Shown: positions 59,871 through 64,000 of the stretch, piece after piece
Layout of the letters: every line of letters begins with the position of its first letter
Numbering within the stretch: the first letter of the stretch is position 1
Source: Phoronis australis
Taxonomy: Eukaryota; Animalia; Phoronida
Reading direction: 5' to 3'
Assembly (NCBI GenBank): GCA_002633005.1
Contig: NMRA01000214.1
Coordinates: forward strand, 85,336 to 149,335
DNA length: 64,000 bases
The notes under the pieces: generated by a model
What the model saw: only the letters and a program-made list of their open reading frames with translations
Databases searched by the model: none
What the model was told of the DNA's origin: nothing
Program-made: the position numbers and the translations under genes

Positions 59871-61286
59871 AGGAGCGATCTATGTGTGGCAAAGTCCCAT
59901 GTTACAAGTAGTCAACCAGATAGCCAGTATGTATCCTTACTTTTATTGGAACGCAGTGTTCCACCTTGTTTGAGGTGTTTAAAAAGCCAATTTTGGTCTG
60001 CCTAAGTTTTGTCAGTCTCGAGAAATCATTTGTTGCCCTTAAATTAAAATTTTTGGTGTTTGTAATGCCCTCCTGGCAGGGACTCATCTTGGATTTGAAA
60101 AGTGGGGTCCAAATTCACCAGATTGACTCTAGTCTTAGGCTGGAATTCTGTCTGAGGTCACCTTGTTGTCACAGAACAGAAGATATTCTCTCGAAAAACG
60201 TTGCAGCCAGCATTTGCTAATGGTCACTGTGACATTTAAATTGAAAATGGACAACAATATTTTGTGATCTCGATTTATGTTGGCATCCAGCTTAAACAAT
60301 GACTTGTAGGTTTCAATAAAATCTATGAATGAGTAATGTTAAAATTCTTTGTTACCGAACAAGCTATAGGTTTTCTCTCTTTTCTGTTGGTTCTAGCCAT
60401 CATTTTTTAGAACTGCCCATGCTGGTAACATTGGCTAGATGAGACCCTGCCTTGTGGCATTTACAATAAAATATTTTTAATTATTATTTACACCAATTAG
60501 AGTAAATGATGGTATTAAAAACATGCACATTTTGTACTTACAGAGTTCATTTTTTTTCACTGCAAAAGTATTATTTAGTATATCATGTTTGAGGGATGGA
60601 CATAATAGAACTCAAATCTGAATACTGAATCTTTTCAATAGGCATGGAAATGAAAAAGACAACCTTTCATAAAAATCTGATTGTGAAAGTGTCACACAAG
60701 TGAGTGGTAAATCATGTATGTACATGTACCACCATTGTATGAGTGGCTTGGCATTGGTAATCGTGACGTCTAACATTAAAACAAGTCCATTTAGGAGTAA
60801 CACTGCCATCCGGGCTTCTTCTTGACATTTTTCAAGAAACGACTTCGAAATTTTAGTCCTTTAGATCAAAGACCATTTGGAGTAAAGGCTGAAAAATTGT
60901 ATGTCTTCCATAGAAATTTCCCGAGACTTTCATACAATTACCTCAAGGATTTTAGTTCTTCCCTAGGAGAACGTGGTTTGAAGAAAATTCACTAGTAAAA
61001 AACGGAAATCACTATTTCCGAAAGACTGCTTGTATGTAAAATGTGCATTCAATTGCAGCTTAAACACTGTAACCATGACATTGAAGGCCCATGAGCCAAA
61101 CTTAAGGTAAAAGAATACCTTTCACACCATTTCAGCCATGTTTTTCTGTGACAGGAAGTCTTTAGCTTTTAATGCATGAAAACTTGCCAAAATACGCTTT
61201 CAATGCTGCGTGCCAGTAAACTTTCTATAATGATTAGTTGCCCGGGACAGTAATTCAATGGAAGCTTTACTATAATACATGCGCAG

Positions 61287-61512
61287 ACACAGAATCTAAA
61301 GGTCATGGAACAGAGACACAAAGGATGAAAAGAGCAAGTGTTCATCCTGCCACTCTGCAAGAATCTGAAAAGCGACAACGAATCCTCGAGTCCGAAAAGC
61401 AGTATCACCAACAAACCATTTGCTTAGGGGAAGTGTTCGGAAGGTGGGAAGCATTGCGGACAAGACTGAATATTCCAGCTCAAAAGGATTTTGCACGGCT
61501 TTTAGTGGAACA
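61287..61512 (+). CDS. Probable downstream exon with a ZNF653/ZNF692-N-terminal-like helical motif
   Basis: gcgcAG|ac (phase 1, weak pyrimidine tract)...gaa ca|GTAAGT; TICLGEVFGRWEALRTRLNIPAQKDFARLLVE. Confidence 0.55.
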
Positions 61513-61906
61513 GTAAGTTAGAACTCAACTTGCAGTTACAATCTTCATCAGTTATACTAATTGTTTTTAAAATTTGCAAGGACTTAAAGATACTGGGTTT
61601 CTTATTGGCAATCCTGAACTGCCTGTTGTCTGCTTCATATTGTTGGGACAACTGATCTAAGCTGGTCTAGTCCAGTTTTTGCCCTTCGATTTATTACCTG
61701 AGGTTGAGATTGATTTCAACAGAGTTAAGTAATCAGAAAAGAGTTGCCCGTGGCATGCGGGTCACAAAGTAGAGTTTGGTGGGGACGTGCTACCAACTAA
61801 GGGAAATTATTGTGTAAAATCACCTTAGTAGAGGCAAGACTCAAACACAGGACTTAATATACTTCAGAGTCTGCCAAAGAGCAGTTGCTCATTGCAGATT
61901 CACCAT

Positions 61907-62998
61907 TTTTATGCGCCCACATAATGTGGACGCATTATGCCGTCATCTCTGTCCGTCCGTCTGTCCGTCCGTCCGTCCGTCTGGGTGGCGTCCGTCCGGC
62001 GTCTGGCGTCTGGCGTCCGCTGCTCTATCTCCAAAACCCTTTGACATACGTTCATGAAATTTGGCACATATGTTCCATTCATGAATGGGACGGCACGTGC
62101 GAACTTTCGGACGGATCCGACTACCGGTGTGCCCCCTAGTGGCAATTTTAGTTTTTTACGCTTACCTTTGTATCTTCAAAAGTCCTGAACGGATTTTCAT
62201 GAAATTTGGTATGTAGGCACCTATTAGTGAGATGACGCTATCCTACTGTTTTCAGATGGATTCGACGTAGTTTGCGCCACCTAGTGGCCATTTTTACTGT
62301 TTTCGAGTCTGTATTTTTGCGTCCACCCCTCTATCAACCAAACCGCTCAAAGGATGATTGTGAAAATTGGCGTGTATGTGCTTACTATAAGGAAGACAGC
62401 TGACAATGATTTTCAGACGATTTGGACTACTGTGGCGCCTCCTAGTGGCAGTTTTGTTTTTTTGCGCCCATGGCTGTATCTCCCAAACCGTTTGCAGGAT
62501 CTTTACTAAATTTAGCAAGTGTATTTATGTGATGTTGACAACGGACGATGACGACTTTAGGATGATTCTGATTACCGGTATGCCTCTAGTGGCAATTTTA
62601 GTATTTGCCTCTAGTGGCAATTTTAGTATTTTACATTGACCTCTGTATTTTCATAGGTCTTCAGGTGTATACTTTGTGTTACTTCGTGACTGTGAAGGAA
62701 AAGTTCCAAGTAGAAATTTGTTTCTGGCATTCTAATGCTGTGCTAATCTCGTATTTGTAAATTTGTTTTTAATTCTATGTTTCTGTGGTGCTTTAAGCAA
62801 CTGGTGTATAGGATGTGCTTGTATTATGAAGATTACTCACATTTTGCCCCTAGCCTATTGAGGAGACAATGACCATGACTTTCCATTTTGCAAAGTATGC
62901 CCTCTACTGGCCACTTAATGGTACCAATAAACAACCCTAGAAGGATACCGTATGCGGTGCAATTGTGGGCGCATTTCAACGCTCCGCGTTGCTCTTGT
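61907..62998 (+). mobile_element. HINE/DINE-1-type non-autonomous Helentron with an internal tandem array
   Basis: 5' subTIR atgcgcccac (61911) with nearby partial inverse gtggacgcat, (GTCC/GTCT)n microsatellite, four ~150-bp core units (tgaaattt...ctagtggc), 3' subTIR gtgggcgcat (62965), hairpin caacgctccgcgttg, then ctcttgt. Confidence 0.88.
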
Positions 62999-64000
62999 AT
63001 TGTGATGTTGCAGTATCCTCACAGTGGATATTTTGCGCCCTGCCGTTGTAGATGATAAATGAAAGATGTGACAACCGTGGACGTATTATCTCCCTTTTCC
63101 CATTCCATCTTGTGCCACAATTTTGAATGTTTGACGGTGTCTTCCTACCCATTTATGTAGAAAAGCACCTCTGGACATGCTGAATACATTCAGTCCCTAC
63201 TGGGCAAGGGTGATATAAATGATTTCAATTACGAGACATTGGGGTGAGAATGATTGTGCCCATCTAATTTTACTTTCATTCAGATCACCAGTCTCCCTCA
63301 CCTGTCTATGCCAAGAGTTTTATTATGACCACTGTTGGCTTAGTGAGTAATAGTCATGGTCAACAAAACTATACTTGAGAATGTCCAAATAGTTTGTTTT
63401 GTTTTTTCAGTTATGAAAGCACTGAGCAACAGTAAGTTGAATTCTCTTATTCCATTAACTTTTAGAAGTAAGAATAGTTGTGACAACCTCAAGTGTTGGG
63501 TTATTCGTAGTCTCTTTTTTCTTTTTATTTCCGTTTTATGCTCTGCAGGTTGGGAAGAATGTCCAAGGGTTGTATGGTTACTCTCAGCCTACTTGGTTAA
63601 AGCAAACACCTGGGCCCAGGGTACATTCTCTGAACTTAGACTTTACCCACACTCAAACAATGAAAATTAGCTAGTGAAGGCACATTAGTCAATACAGATT
63701 TTTAAGTTTATTCGTGCTGTGCAACTGATCAATTTTGGAGCACAGAGATTAGAATCTGTGAGCCTGGCTCTTTTGTATAAACATTGCAATATAAGCCTGA
63801 TATATTTCCTGCTGCATAAGTCTATTTCTCTGCTACAAATTGACCATTAAACTTAAAGGCGAAGGCAACCTATTTTCATGTCATTTTTAGCAAAAATAGG
63901 GTTCACTGGTTATCCCAGACATATTTTTCACTTATTTACAGCTTTTCATAATTTAATTAATTACTCGTCGTCTACTCCGGAAGTGACGTTTTGGGAGGCA

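Overview
Eukaryotic, AT-rich, repeat-dense invertebrate genomic DNA, probably lophotrochozoan (an inference from the repeat types), with three N gaps (8298-8393, 12811-13511, 20575-20932). The main host gene is a + strand multi-exon type-I membrane protein at 34275-50654. It has seven phase-1/phase-1 Ig-like exons, one TSP1 exon, and a large terminal exon encoding a TM helix and a helical cytoplasmic region. That region ends in a segment that aligns by eye, motif by motif, with the dynein heavy-chain microtubule-binding domain (MTBD). An Ig/TSP1 receptor with an intracellular dynein-MTBD-like module is the most notable observation. An exon of a second, divergently oriented Ig gene lies at 81-350, and a C2H2 zinc-finger gene begins near 59.3 kb. 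The remainder is mostly transposon debris (LOA/R1-like, CR1-like, L1/Tx1-like, Penelope, Gypsy, Harbinger, hAT, HINE, MITEs). Several insertions have unusual structure: a 5'-inverted LINE with a 13-bp TSD and a sense-strand oligo-T tail, a LINE with a 160-bp TSD, and an LTR-like end in a perfect 33-bp hairpin. All family assignments are by-eye motif recognition; no searches were run.
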